In this document: in pieces, positions 24,785 through 33,876 of the stretch
Layout: each line of letters begins with the position of its first letter
How positions within the stretch are numbered: position 1 is the first letter of the stretch
Source of the DNA: a virus
Taxonomy: Duplodnaviria; Caudoviricetes
Virus record (IMG/VR): IMGVR_UViG_3300032050_000433
Span: 1-34,921 of that record
Strand: one strand, 5' to 3'
Length of the DNA stretch: 34,921 nt
Notes under the pieces: model-generated
What the model saw: only the letters and a program-made list of their open reading frames with translations
Told to the model about the DNA's origin: nothing
The model's database searches: none
Made by a program: the position numbers and the translations under genes

Positions 24785-26307
24785 TATGCAAACCTCGTCT
24801 GGGCAGCAAAAACGCTGTACGTTGACGCAGCAGTTTTTACTACCGTGTAAGAGTAGATGTCCACGCTCGACGCATTACCCGCTGTAGGCGCTGTACCGCC
24901 CTGCCATCTGGTAGTAACTCCTGACGTAGTTCCGTCAACCTGCACTACGTTGTTGTAGTACGCCGTTCCGCCGTTTGTAACCAAAAACACCACCGTGACC
25001 GATTGGCCTGTAGCCAACGCCGTGTTCAGCGTAGTTCCTGAAGAGGCTCTCAGGTTGACCGTAAAGTTGGCAGAGGCATTGGTGGTGTAGTACAGCACCG
25101 ACTGCGTGGTGATGTCGTAGTTGATCGTGCCGGTCGCTGCTGTGGCGCTGATGGTGGCGACTTCTGCTGCATCGTTGAGCACCATTCCCAGCACACTGCT
25201 GGAGCCACTGAAGGTCTGGGTGTCCGTGAATGTTTGAGCAAGGCCCAAGACCGCAACCGTGCTGGTTGCGTCAGGCAGCGTCAAAGTTCTGCTTGCCGTC
25301 AGAGTTGTGGGCTGCAGGGTTGCACGGAAAGAAGACGATCCGCCCGCACGGCCTGCGAGGATGATGCCGTCTTGGGTTGATGTCGCCGTGCCGAAGGTCT
25401 GGCCCGTGGCGTTGTAGAAGGTGTTTGCACCAGTGAAGGCGTTGTTACCCGGCTGGGTTGCAACGTTACCGCCCTGACCACCGACCTGGGCGTACACCTC
25501 CCATGTCGTACCGTCGTAAACAAACTGGACACTGACCCCGGTGATGTCACACACGAGGTTTTCAGCCAAACCGCCGATGGTCGATCCGTTTCGCCCAACC
25601 GTTAGATTGTTGGTGCCCCATGACGCACCTGCATCAGCAATCACAACCTGAGCGCCAGTGGCTGGTGTGGCGGGCAAAGTGACCGTAAACGCACCACCTG
25701 CAGTGCTGGTCAGAACACCCTGCTTGTCAGTTGCCGTGACAGCGGTAGTTGTGAAAATGTAGGTCAGGCCACCAGCAGGCAGCGCAGCAGAAGTCCACGT
25801 TGTACCGTTGCTGGTCAGGACGTTCCCGTTGGCTCCAGATGCCGTCAGGCCCGTACCGCCTGATGCTGCGCCAAGTGCAGAGCCCAGCGTCAAAGAACCG
25901 AGCGAATTGAGCGTTTCAACTACGTTGGTGCCATCACAGTACAACAGGCGACTTTGCCCCGCAGGGACGGCTATGCCGGACCCCGCTGAGGTCTTGAGCG
26001 TCATCGCAAAGCCGCCCGTGGTGTTATTGCGGAAGACATACATCTTGCTCGCAGCAGGGCAGATGACGTTTCTTCCAGCCCCCGGAGTGCCGGTGGCGTT
26101 GATAACCATGGCCCGAGCTTCGTCTGTCGTGCCGTTGTTGTTGGTGAGTGTGTAATCAGTTCCGCCAACAGTGATGCTGGCGGTCCCCGCAATCGACGTA
26201 TCGATCAGGGTCGTGATGCCCGTGTTGACCAAATTGCCCCAGGTTCCGGCGTTTTCGCCGGTTGCAGGGAGGGTCAGTCGCAGACTGGACGTAAAGGTTG
26301 ATGGCAT
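24784..26307 (-). CDS. main tail fibre protein (507 aa)
   Basis: MPST..S.LRL.L.ATGE.AGTWG anchor; FTVTLPATP.TG...D....W.TNNLTV.RNGS.I repeat resembling T4 gp34; LTASRTLTLPDA; C-terminal W.GG.APT.G....D.YS domain. Confidence 0.8.
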   Translation of the reverse strand: MPSTFTSSLRLTLPATGENAGTWGNLVNTGITTLIDTSIAGTASITVGGTDYTLTNNNGTTDEARAMVINATGTPGAGRNVICPAASKMYVFRNNTTGGFAMTLKTSAGSGIAVPAGQSRLLYCDGTNVVETLNSLGSLTLGSALGAASGGTGLTASGANGNVLTSNGTTWTSAALPAGGLTYIFTTTAVTATDKQGVLTSTAGGAFTVTLPATPATGAQVVIADAGASWGTNNLTVGRNGSTIGGLAENLVCDITGVSVQFVYDGTTWEVYAQVGGQGGNVATQPGNNAFTGANTFYNATGQTFGTATSTQDGIILAGRAGGSSSFRATLQPTTLTASRTLTLPDATSTVAVLGLAQTFTDTQTFSGSSSVLGMVLNDAAEVATISATAATGTINYDITTQSVLYYTTNASANFTVNLRASSGTTLNTALATGQSVTVVFLVTNGGTAYYNNVVQVDGTTSGVTTRWQGGTAPTAGNASSVDIYSYTVVKTAASTYSVFAAQTRFA

Positions 26308-26331
26308 GGGTTACCTCAGAAGGTCAAAAAC

Positions 26332-29300
26332 TTAGCCCGTATCAATATCAGCCCACTCGGCTGACTCAGGGCTCTCCACATCTTGCCACCCGGCAGACTG
26401 ATCATCGTCTACATTCTGCCAGCCGTCAAGAGGGGCGGGGGGCGTGGGTTGCCATACCGGCGCTTGTGCAGTTGTTACATTCTGCCACGGCTGGGATGGC
26501 GCGGTGGTGACACACTGCCACCCAGGCGCTTGTGTGTCAGTTACTAAGACCCAGGTTGGGGTTTGAGCGGTGGTGGCGCATTGCCATGCAGGGCTCTGGG
26601 TATCGTTGATGTGCTGCCACCCAGGCGTCTGCGAGTCTTGGATGTGCTGCCACCCCGGCGTCTGTCCGTCTGGGACAACTTGCCAGTTAGGGTTCTGCGT
26701 GTCGTCAATGGTCTGCCAGCGATTCTGGGCAAAGATTGAATCAAACGCCCCACACTGCTCCAGCAGTGTTGCAATGAACAGCTTGCCAGCATCAAACAAC
26801 TCCATCGCTTGAGCGGCTTCGCTCATGCTGGCTTGCCAGTCAACCTTGGCAACTACGGAGTCTGCGGCTCGTGCAGTCTCACTCACGCTGGCGGGCGTGA
26901 TGGTCGTGGTCGTGACTGCGTCGGCAGCAGTTACACCTTCACTGACGCTTACATTGAATACGCTGCCAGCAGAAACAACATCGCTGGCTGTTGCTGTCTC
27001 CGAAATGTTGGCCGATGAGAGAAGCCCTGATGCAACAGCGTCAGACGCCTGTGCGTTCTCAGAGACTGCCGTGGCGAAGATTTGCTGTGCAGACGCAGCG
27101 TCAGAGACGGCAGCAGCTTCGTTTACGGCTGGATTGAACGTGCTGGCCGCGACAGCGAAGGCATCAGAGGCTTGTGCTGCCTCTGATACAGCCCCGAAGA
27201 ACACAGGTGATGCAGAGACCGCGTCCGAAGCGCTCGCAGCAGTGTCGTTTAAACCGCCCCAAGGATCCTCACCCCAGGCTCCGGAACCCCAGCCTTGAGT
27301 GCCAATAAATGCGTTGAACGTGCTTGCGGCAACAGATACGGAGTCAGCCGCTGTGGCCGTTTCAGCTACGTTGGTTACAAAACGCTGCCCTGCTGATGTG
27401 CTATCAGCAGCCGTGGCACTCTCTGTGACCGCTGTGGCAAAGACTTGTTGTGTTGAAACCGCGTCAGATGCGGTTGCGGTTTCAGAAGTTGTTGAGGTAG
27501 GTGCCTGGGCCGCTGAAACGGTATCAGATGCCCTAGCCGTTTCAGAAACAGCCGATGTAAACGCTTGAGACGCCTGCGTTTGGTCTGCCGCAGTTGCCGT
27601 CTCAGATACAGCCGCTACGAACGATTGGGTGGCAACAACGCTATCCGCCGCAGTGGCCGTCTCTGTTACTGACGTTGCAAATACTTGGCGGGCTGCTACG
27701 GAGTCTGTTGCGGTGGCAGTTTCGGCAACCAGACCATTAAACGTGCTGGCAGCGACCGCGAAAGCATCAGAGGCTTGTGCCGTTTCAGATGCAAACGCAT
27801 TGAATGCGGGGGACGCAGAAACTACATCCAGTGCAGTTGCGGCGGTGTCGTTTAAGCCGCCCCACGGGTCTTCACCCCAAGCCCCCGAGCCCCAGCCAGA
27901 AGTTCCGATGTAGGCGTTGAAGACGCTAGACGCTACAGATACGGAGTCAGATGCGCGAGCCGTCTCTGAAGTATTAGCAGCGAATACTTGCCCTGCGGAG
28001 ACAGAGTCCGATGCAGAAGCTGTCTCTGATACTGCTGTAGCAAACGTCTGTATGGTTGATACAGAGTCGGACGCCCTGGCTGTCTCTGATACTGCTGTGT
28101 TAAACGCTTGCGCAGAACTGACTGCATCAGAGGTTCTGGCTGTTTCAGATACAGAAGCCCCAAAACTTTGGGATGCGGCAACTGCGTCAGATGCTCTGGC
28201 TGTTTCAGATGTAGCGGCAACAAATGCTTGAGAAGCTGCAGTACTGTCAGATACGTTTGCGGTCTCACTAACGGCGGTAACAAACGTCTGGCTAACCGCA
28301 ACAGAATCAGACGCCCTAGCTGTTTCAGATACTGCGGTGTTAAATGTGCTTGCAGCAACAGCAAATGCGTCAGATGCTCTAACCGTCTCCGATACAGAAC
28401 CAAAGAATGCAGGCGATGCAGAAACGGCGTCTGAGATACTTGCTGCCGTATCATTTAAGCCGCCCCAAGGGTCTCCACCCCAGGCACCAGAACCCCAACC
28501 AGAAGTGCCGATATAGGCGTTAAACGTGCTGGCGGCTACAGATACCGCATCGGATGCACGCGCAGTCTCGGATGCACTTGTACTGAATGACTGCCCTGCC
28601 GCTACTGCGTCTGACGCATTGGCCGTTTCCGAAACTGCCGTTGCAAATACCTGCCGCGCAGCCACAGCATCTAGTGCTGTAGCGGTCTCAGAAATTGCTG
28701 TGGCAAATGTTTGAGCAGCGGAGCTTGTATCTGATGCGCGGGCAGTCTCAGATATAGAGACACCAAATCCTTGCGCCGATGAAGTGGCGTCAGAGGCTGT
28801 GGCAGTTTCAGATGCAGAGTTACTAAATGTTTGCGCAGCACTAACACTGTCAAATGCAGTTGCCGTCTCACTTTCAGACGATGCAAATGTTTGTCTAGCA
28901 GTTACTGCATCTAGTGCTGTGGACGTTTCCGAAACTGCCGTTGCAAATGTCTGACGCGCAACTACGGAATCAGAAGCGTTTGCCGTCTCTGATACAGACG
29001 AGACAAACGTCTGCGTTGTGCTAACACTGTCAGATGCTCTGGCAGTTTCTGAAACTGCGGAGGTAAAGCCCTGCCTAGCAACTACGGAGTCAGATGCGTT
29101 TGCCGTTTCTGATACGGTGCTTCTGGCTGTCTGTGCCGCACTAATGCTGTCAGAAGCGTTGGCTGTCTCGCTAACTGACGTAACAAAGGTTTGCCTCGCT
29201 ACAACCGTGTCAGACGCTGATGCCGTCTCAGAGATGGCTGGATTAAACGTGCTGGCTGCGACGGATACCGAGTCTGACGCCCTGGCAGTCTCAGAGACAG

Positions 29301-30219
29301 CGCCGTTGGCAACAGGCGAAGCAACAACCGAGTCAGAGATAGACGCGGCTGTGTCGTTCAAACCCCCCCAAGGATCTCCGCCCCAAGCTCCAGAACCCCA
29401 GCCAGACGTTCCTATGTAGGCTTGGAATATCTGCCTTGCAGTTGAAGCATCCGACGCTGTGGTGGTCTCTGAGACCGACGAACCGAAGGCGGTGCGCGAT
29501 GAAGTAGCGTCTGCTGCAGTAGCGGACTCAGAAACCGTTGGCCTGAATGTGCTGGCGGCGACCGATACGGAGTCCGAAGCGGTGCTTGTCTCGGCAACCG
29601 TTGGGACTAGTATTTCTCTGGCAGTTACAGAGTCAGCCGCCGTTGCTGTCTCTGACAGAGTCGGTCTAAACGTGCTGCCTGCGACTGATACGGAGTCACT
29701 GGCTCTGGCCGTTTCTGATACAGAGGGCCTGAAGGTGCTGGACGCGACTACCGTTGCATCTGCCGCCGCTGCAGTCTCAGAGACTGTTGGGCGTAGTGTC
29801 TCGGTGGCGGAGACCGTGTCCGCTGCAGTGGCCGTTTCTGCGACTGACGGCCTAACAACTAAGGCTGAAGACGCTGTATCCGATGCCCTTGCCGTCTCAG
29901 CAATAGACGGTCTGAACGTGCTGGCGGCTACAGAGACAGCATCAGATGCGTTTGCTGTCTCAGATTCAGTTCTCGCGTATTTTGGTGTAGCCGAAATCGA
30001 GTCTGCTGCGGTGGCAGACTCAGAAACAGACGCGGGTACTGCAAAAACCGCTGACGTTGCATCAGCGGCTGTGGCCGTCTCAGAGACGGCGCGGGGGGAA
30101 ACTAATCTTGCAGAAGCGGAATCAGCGGCAGTTGCGGATTCAGACGAGGCTCCATCATAGAGCCCCATCCCCCATGCAACTTGACCCCAGGAGCCTGAGC
30201 CCCATCCGCCATTCGACAT
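26332..30219 (-). CDS. 1295-aa Ser/Thr/Ala repeat protein, putative virion filament/head fibre
   Basis: About 50 units of 20-21 aa (VSETA.ASD.VS...F), four internal GWGSGAWG.DPWGG blocks, C-terminal 11-aa Trp repeats. Confidence 0.85.
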   Translation of the reverse strand: MSNGGWGSGSWGQVAWGMGLYDGASSESATAADSASARLVSPRAVSETATAADATSAVFAVPASVSESATAADSISATPKYARTESETANASDAVSVAASTFRPSIAETARASDTASSALVVRPSVAETATAADTVSATETLRPTVSETAAAADATVVASSTFRPSVSETARASDSVSVAGSTFRPTLSETATAADSVTAREILVPTVAETSTASDSVSVAASTFRPTVSESATAADATSSRTAFGSSVSETTTASDASTARQIFQAYIGTSGWGSGAWGGDPWGGLNDTAASISDSVVASPVANGAVSETARASDSVSVAASTFNPAISETASASDTVVARQTFVTSVSETANASDSISAAQTARSTVSETANASDSVVARQGFTSAVSETARASDSVSTTQTFVSSVSETANASDSVVARQTFATAVSETSTALDAVTARQTFASSESETATAFDSVSAAQTFSNSASETATASDATSSAQGFGVSISETARASDTSSAAQTFATAISETATALDAVAARQVFATAVSETANASDAVAAGQSFSTSASETARASDAVSVAASTFNAYIGTSGWGSGAWGGDPWGGLNDTAASISDAVSASPAFFGSVSETVRASDAFAVAASTFNTAVSETARASDSVAVSQTFVTAVSETANVSDSTAASQAFVAATSETARASDAVAASQSFGASVSETARTSDAVSSAQAFNTAVSETARASDSVSTIQTFATAVSETASASDSVSAGQVFAANTSETARASDSVSVASSVFNAYIGTSGWGSGAWGEDPWGGLNDTAATALDVVSASPAFNAFASETAQASDAFAVAASTFNGLVAETATATDSVAARQVFATSVTETATAADSVVATQSFVAAVSETATAADQTQASQAFTSAVSETARASDTVSAAQAPTSTTSETATASDAVSTQQVFATAVTESATAADSTSAGQRFVTNVAETATAADSVSVAASTFNAFIGTQGWGSGAWGEDPWGGLNDTAASASDAVSASPVFFGAVSEAAQASDAFAVAASTFNPAVNEAAAVSDAASAQQIFATAVSENAQASDAVASGLLSSANISETATASDVVSAGSVFNVSVSEGVTAADAVTTTTITPASVSETARAADSVVAKVDWQASMSEAAQAMELFDAGKLFIATLLEQCGAFDSIFAQNRWQTIDDTQNPNWQVVPDGQTPGWQHIQDSQTPGWQHINDTQSPAWQCATTAQTPTWVLVTDTQAPGWQCVTTAPSQPWQNVTTAQAPVWQPTPPAPLDGWQNVDDDQSAGWQDVESPESAEWADIDTG
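26335..26718 (-). repeat. 11-aa period Trp repeat (W-Q-x-[IV]-x-[DT]-x-Q-x-P-x), 12 Trp
   Basis: WQTIDDTQNPN WQVVPDGQTPG WQHIQDSQTPG WQHINDTQSPA ... WADIDTG*. Confidence 0.9.
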
Positions 30220-30222
30220 TCA

Positions 30223-30402
30223 TTAAGCCCCCGCAGGCTCCAACTCTTCTTCGCGAAACCAACGCTGTTGGGTTTCACCCTCTAGATCCACCCACTCCAG
30301 CAAGTAGGAGATGTCGCCATCCTCGCTCATGCGCAAGGCCAGCACAGGCCCAGTTGGGATAACCGCTTTGACCTTGAGGGTGTCACCTTTTCTGTACGCC
30401 AT
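30223..30402 (-). CDS. small SH3/KOW-like protein (59 aa)
   Basis: Missing from the track. TAAGGAG SD, then MAYRKGDTLKVKAVIPTGPVLALRMSEDGDISYLLEWVDLEGETQQRWFREEELEPAGA*; fills the intergenic gap. Confidence 0.85.
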   Translation of the reverse strand: MAYRKGDTLKVKAVIPTGPVLALRMSEDGDISYLLEWVDLEGETQQRWFREEELEPAGA

Positions 30403-30415
30403 GACTTACTACTCC

Positions 30416-30997
30416 TTAAACAGCATCAAGGTTGAACGTGTAGGTGACGTTTAGCGTGTCACCAGAGGCAACTGAACGATCCCCAGGCGACTGGAAGTCA
30501 GACGCCGAAAACAGGATGCCAGTAGTTCCGCTCTTGGTGCTATTGCTAATTAGGAAAGCCCCACCCACCGTCGCCGTGGCGTTGATGGAGAACGCGGCAG
30601 GGGAGCCAGAGTTGCTGATCACAGACGGGTCAGCGGTAGTCGCGGTTCCAAAAGTTGCCGCAGGGCGAGTGGCATTGCTGTAAGGCACCACCTCAGTCCA
30701 GCCAGCGTGCGAAGCGGCGGTGTCACCCGCTGCGGGTGTGTTGGATGCACCAGCGCCATACAGGCCAATGAACCACGTAGCGGTATAAGTACTGCCACTG
30801 AAGTACTTGGCGTTCATGTCTTGCAAGCCGACGTTCACCACAAGGTTCGGGCACTCGGCGGTCCACTTGACGTTACCGTCCGGGCCAATGCATTCCATGC
30901 GGTATACACCGCCAGCCTTTGCGCCATCGATGGACTCTTTGACGGAAGCCAAAGCAGAAGCAACGAGGTCTTGAGATTTTGCGTTTTCACTTGCCAT
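30416..30997 (-). CDS. putative structural (decoration/fibre-base) protein (193 aa)
   Basis: KW....NLVVNVG...W.IGL...Y..R....F....F.I.AT..GAFL...G.LFS...F...R.V..GDTL.VTY beta-rich pattern; AAGGA SD. Confidence 0.7.
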   Translation of the reverse strand: MASENAKSQDLVASALASVKESIDGAKAGGVYRMECIGPDGNVKWTAECPNLVVNVGLQDMNAKYFSGSTYTATWFIGLYGAGASNTPAAGDTAASHAGWTEVVPYSNATRPAATFGTATTADPSVISNSGSPAAFSINATATVGGAFLISNSTKSGTTGILFSASDFQSPGDRSVASGDTLNVTYTFNLDAV

Positions 30998-31006
30998 GAT
31001 CAGTCC

Positions 31007-31423
31007 TTAGCTAAATCGAAGGAGCGCGGTTGTCGCGGTTGCGACCGGAAGCTGGACCGTGAAGTTGGGCCCAGCGGTTTTGTCAGCACCGAAGTCTAAG
31101 ACAGCTATTGCTTTATCAGACTTGGAGAAGTTGTAAATCAAACCACCACGGGTGACAAAACTTACCCCAGCCCATGTTGGGTTATCAAAGGTTGCATATG
31201 CCGTCGTGCCACTGAGCAGCACTTGGACATTTGTCAGCACTATGCCGCCCGCCGTGTACCCTGTGCCCACAACTTCTTGCGTTGTGGTGTAAACAGTCGT
31301 TGCAGCACCAAGATCAGCAAGGCTGGTGTACAGGGCCAGCTTAAGCGTGTCGGTGTCCAAGTCATGGACGCCCTGCCATGATTCCTGCTTAAACGATGAA
31401 CACAGTGTTTGGAAGAGTGCCAT
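31007..31423 (-). CDS. putative structural (decoration/fibre-base) protein (138 aa)
   Basis: C.SFK.E...G.HD...KLALYT...EV.GTGYTAGG..L...F....W....RG.LIYN....A..VLDFG.DKT pattern. Confidence 0.75.
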   Translation of the reverse strand: MALFQTLCSSFKQESWQGVHDLDTDTLKLALYTSLADLGAATTVYTTTQEVVGTGYTAGGIVLTNVQVLLSGTTAYATFDNPTWAGVSFVTRGGLIYNFSKSDKAIAVLDFGADKTAGPNFTVQLPVATATTALLRFS

Positions 31424-31424
31424 C

Positions 31425-32075
31425 TCAAAGCACCTGCGTTCTGAGTTGGCCGCTGCGGTATGCGTCTTGACGGTTCTTGCCGTCGCCCAGGTTCTTCAGC
31501 AGCGTCAGGGACTGGACGTACTGCTTGTCCATCTCAGCCACGAGATCCACCTCTTGCTTCATGAACCGCGCTGCTTCGACCATGACGGCATTGAACAGCA
31601 CTGAGTCAAAGTTGTCGCCCAACCAAGACGTACCGGCAGTCACGATGCTCTGCGGGTAGTAGAAGTAGTGCAGTTCTGCGGTCAGTCCTGCGTTCGGCGT
31701 GGGGCCGAGAATGAGCGTCAGGTCCGTGATGTTCGACGAGTCAGGACCAAACAAAGCGTAGTACTTGGGCGTCCCGGTCGTTGTCGGGTTTGGAAACGAT
31801 GAGCGAATAAAGTTGACATCCTTGTTCAACAAGTATTCGTAGTTACCCAAAGCATCAATGACCGCGAGGCTGAAGACGGACAGGAAGTCCACTGGGGCGG
31901 CGAGGTACTGATTGCCTGCCGTCAGAGTGCCTGTGACGTTCTTGCGAAGTGCAGGAAGCTGCACCGAGTTGTAGATGCGCTGCTCAGCCAACTCCGTCAT
32001 CGTGGCGAAGTCGGTTGCCGAGAACGTGTTCTCGGTGTAGTCCTCAACAGCGGTCTTCAACTCGGTGTAGTTCAT
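31425..32075 (-). CDS. head-tail adaptor / tail tubular A-like protein (216 aa)
   Basis: MNY.EL..A..DY.E...AEQRI...P.DFL...G.PKYYA...GPTP....ELHY. Confidence 0.75.
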   Translation of the reverse strand: MNYTELKTAVEDYTENTFSATDFATMTELAEQRIYNSVQLPALRKNVTGTLTAGNQYLAAPVDFLSVFSLAVIDALGNYEYLLNKDVNFIRSSFPNPTTTGTPKYYALFGPDSSNITDLTLILGPTPNAGLTAELHYFYYPQSIVTAGTSWLGDNFDSVLFNAVMVEAARFMKQEVDLVAEMDKQYVQSLTLLKNLGDGKNRQDAYRSGQLRTQVL

Positions 32076-32266
32076 GCCATCGGACCCCTAGCCATCGTGC
32101 CCTTGGTGGCAGCGCCAGTCCCACGGATCTTGATGCCCGAGGTTTTGGCAGCAGAAGGCTTGCCCATAGCGATGTTGCCCACCACCATGCAGATCTCGTC
32201 CTTGAGGGTTTCGATCTCTTGAGGTTGCCCCGGCTTAGCGGGGGCGAGCTTCTTGGTCGGCAGCAT
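32072..32266 (-). CDS. small basic protein (64 aa) ending IRGTGAATKG.MARGPMA
   Basis: ATGA-coupled to the adaptor gene; K/G-rich tail resembling neighbouring small proteins. Confidence 0.8.
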   Translation of the reverse strand: MLPTKKLAPAKPGQPQEIETLKDEICMVVGNIAMGKPSAAKTSGIKIRGTGAATKGTMARGPMA

Positions 32267-32270
32267 GGTG

Positions 32271-32432
32271 TCAGCCCGTCTTCTGGTTCATGGCGCGGGA
32301 CATATTCTTGCCCAGGCGCATGCGGTCCTCAGAGGTGGGACCACCCTTTTTGAAGGCTTTCCCGCCCTTGGCGAGCTTGGTCATCGGCTTGCCGGGGTGC
32401 ATTGCACGTTCGTGCTTGTGAACATCTTTCAT
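32271..32432 (-). CDS. small basic GG-motif protein (53 aa)
   Basis: Missing from the track. TAAGGAG SD, MKDVHKHERAMHPGKPMTKLAKGGKAFKKGGPTSEDRMRLGKNMSRAMNQKTG* (alternative ATG at 32435). Confidence 0.85.
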   Translation of the reverse strand: MKDVHKHERAMHPGKPMTKLAKGGKAFKKGGPTSEDRMRLGKNMSRAMNQKTG

Positions 32433-32441
32433 CATCGCTCC

Positions 32442-32873
32442 TTAAGCGGTAGATACCGCGACTGTACCAACATATCCCACGCCAACCAAGCTATTCGGTG
32501 TCAAGGGTGCATCAAACCCACTAGATCCGCCTATTGGAGCCCAACCCCACTCAATTACACGGCTGCCCTCTCCAGGGAAACCGTCTTGCAGCACACCTGT
32601 ACCGGGCGTGGGATCAACCTGAAGACCTGTATTACCTGATGCAAACCAAGTGTTTGTGTCTGGGCGTGGATCTCTGATTGCTTGTGGGTCACTAACCGGA
32701 TACATCCCAAGCTGCAACTGCGGCTGATCCGGAGTCCAGCACTGAGGGCAGGCCTTGATCTGAGTCTGCTTGGTCTTTACCGTGAGGTTCTTGAGCTTCT
32801 TCAGGTCAAAACGAAAACCGCAAAGATCACAGAACCCGAAGGCCTTGGCACCATTTGCGAAGCGGTTTGACAT
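32442..32873 (-). CDS. zinc-finger morphogenesis-region protein (143 aa)
   Basis: CDLCGFR...CPQCW..DQPQL...DPQA.RDPRPD. Confidence 0.8.
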   Translation of the reverse strand: MSNRFANGAKAFGFCDLCGFRFDLKKLKNLTVKTKQTQIKACPQCWTPDQPQLQLGMYPVSDPQAIRDPRPDTNTWFASGNTGLQVDPTPGTGVLQDGFPGEGSRVIEWGWAPIGGSSGFDAPLTPNSLVGVGYVGTVAVSTA

Positions 32874-32882
32874 AGTTTAGGG

Positions 32883-32905
32883 AGTTTATCTTGCGACGAT
32901 AAACT
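32883..32905 (-). promoter_or_regulatory. intergenic inverted repeat (8-bp stem, 7-nt loop)
   Basis: AGTTTATC-GTCGCAA-GATAAACT on the coding strand, 9 nt upstream of the ATG at 32873; no U-tract follows. Confidence 0.5.
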
Positions 32906-32911
32906 GGCTAA

Positions 32912-33607
32912 TTAACTGATAAACATCTCTCTTGGGACCAGCCGAATGGCTGCCTTCTCACGGTCCTCGGAACTAGCCAGATCCCAATCTTGGTCGTACT
33001 GCGCCTTTAGCACTTGCATACGCTCCATCGCACCAGGGATCTTCATGGACAGGTAGTACGCAAGCCCGGAGACCAACGCATTGAGGAAACGGAACGGGAT
33101 GTCTTGCGTGTACACACCACCAGCCCCAGCGTCTTGAATCCGGCGCAGTCGCCAGTAGACGAACGTGTAGGTCTGCGAGTTGTCTGGCGTGGGCCAAACA
33201 GTGATGGTTGGAGCAGGCTGCTGGCGGTTGATCCACACCTGAATCGGCCTTGCCTGCTGCAGTTTGTTCGGGATGGACGAGTAGGTGGAAACACTGATGC
33301 GCGTGATGGTCAGGTCCGTCTGCGTGGAGACGTTACCCGCGCCCGTACGGATCACATGCTCAATCAGGTCTACCGTGTCAGAGGGGAGCGTGTATGTGGC
33401 TGTGCCAGGAGTCAGGACTTGTTGGCCCTGCTCAATGGTCCACATATTGATGCCACGGTTCGCCCAGTCTGCGAACAGCAGGTTCAGGGATCGACGGGCG
33501 GTCTTCAGGTCGTAGCCCGTGCGCAACTCAGCACCACAACGCTCAAAGGCTTCTTCAACAGCTTCGTTGAGGTCGAGATTAAACGTAGTGGTGCCGGAGG
33601 TTGCCAT
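32912..33607 (-). CDS. head-tail adaptor-like protein (P22 gp4/tubular A-like; 231 aa)
   Basis: EEAFER.G....GY....ARRSLNL.F.DWANRG.N.W...Y.LP.D..D...Y..IPNK...RP...WP.PD...P.RF..ALV.GLAYY. Confidence 0.75.
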   Translation of the reverse strand: MATSGTTTFNLDLNEAVEEAFERCGAELRTGYDLKTARRSLNLLFADWANRGINMWTIEQGQQVLTPGTATYTLPSDTVDLIEHVIRTGAGNVSTQTDLTITRISVSTYSSIPNKLQQARPIQVWINRQQPAPTITVWPTPDNSQTYTFVYWRLRRIQDAGAGGVYTQDIPFRFLNALVSGLAYYLSMKIPGAMERMQVLKAQYDQDWDLASSEDREKAAIRLVPREMFIS

Positions 33608-33610
33608 GAT

Positions 33611-33874
33611 TTACTTTGCTGTCAACGCGGAACGCTTGAAGGCTTTGGCAGTAGGAGCGCCGGGAGAACCCGGTTTACGCATCTTTTCACCTGATCCAGC
33701 GGCAATGCGTTTACGCTTTGCGTAGATGTTTTCGTAGAGACCGCCAGAGGCATACTCGGTGAAATCCGTGTTGTCGCGGCGGGCATGACGCTTTCCATCT
33801 TGGAGGAAGTCCGTATTGTCACGACGCTTCTTAAGTTCCGGGCGGATAGCACCCATACCACGACTTTGGCGCAT
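33611..33874 (-). CDS. small basic GG-motif protein (87 aa)
   Basis: SRGMGAI start, duplicated RRDNTDF, YASGG followed by LYENIYAKRKRIAAGSGEKMRKPG..GAPT.KAFK. Confidence 0.85.
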   Translation of the reverse strand: MRQSRGMGAIRPELKKRRDNTDFLQDGKRHARRDNTDFTEYASGGLYENIYAKRKRIAAGSGEKMRKPGSPGAPTAKAFKRSALTAK

Positions 33875-33876
33875 GT

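Noticed and set aside
26308-26331. ACCT-TCTG-AGGT hairpin over the fibre gene RBS
   Set aside because: Only a 4-bp stem and the T-run precedes it; too weak to call a terminator or regulator.
27240-29420. Repeated blocks as DGR template/variable repeats
   Set aside because: All copies are in-frame, differences are mostly synonymous and not adenine-specific, and no reverse transcriptase is in the window.
26809-30160. Many + strand ORFs and the - strand 173-aa ORF over the repeat gene
   Set aside because: Antisense or frame shadows of the SETA.ASD repeats.
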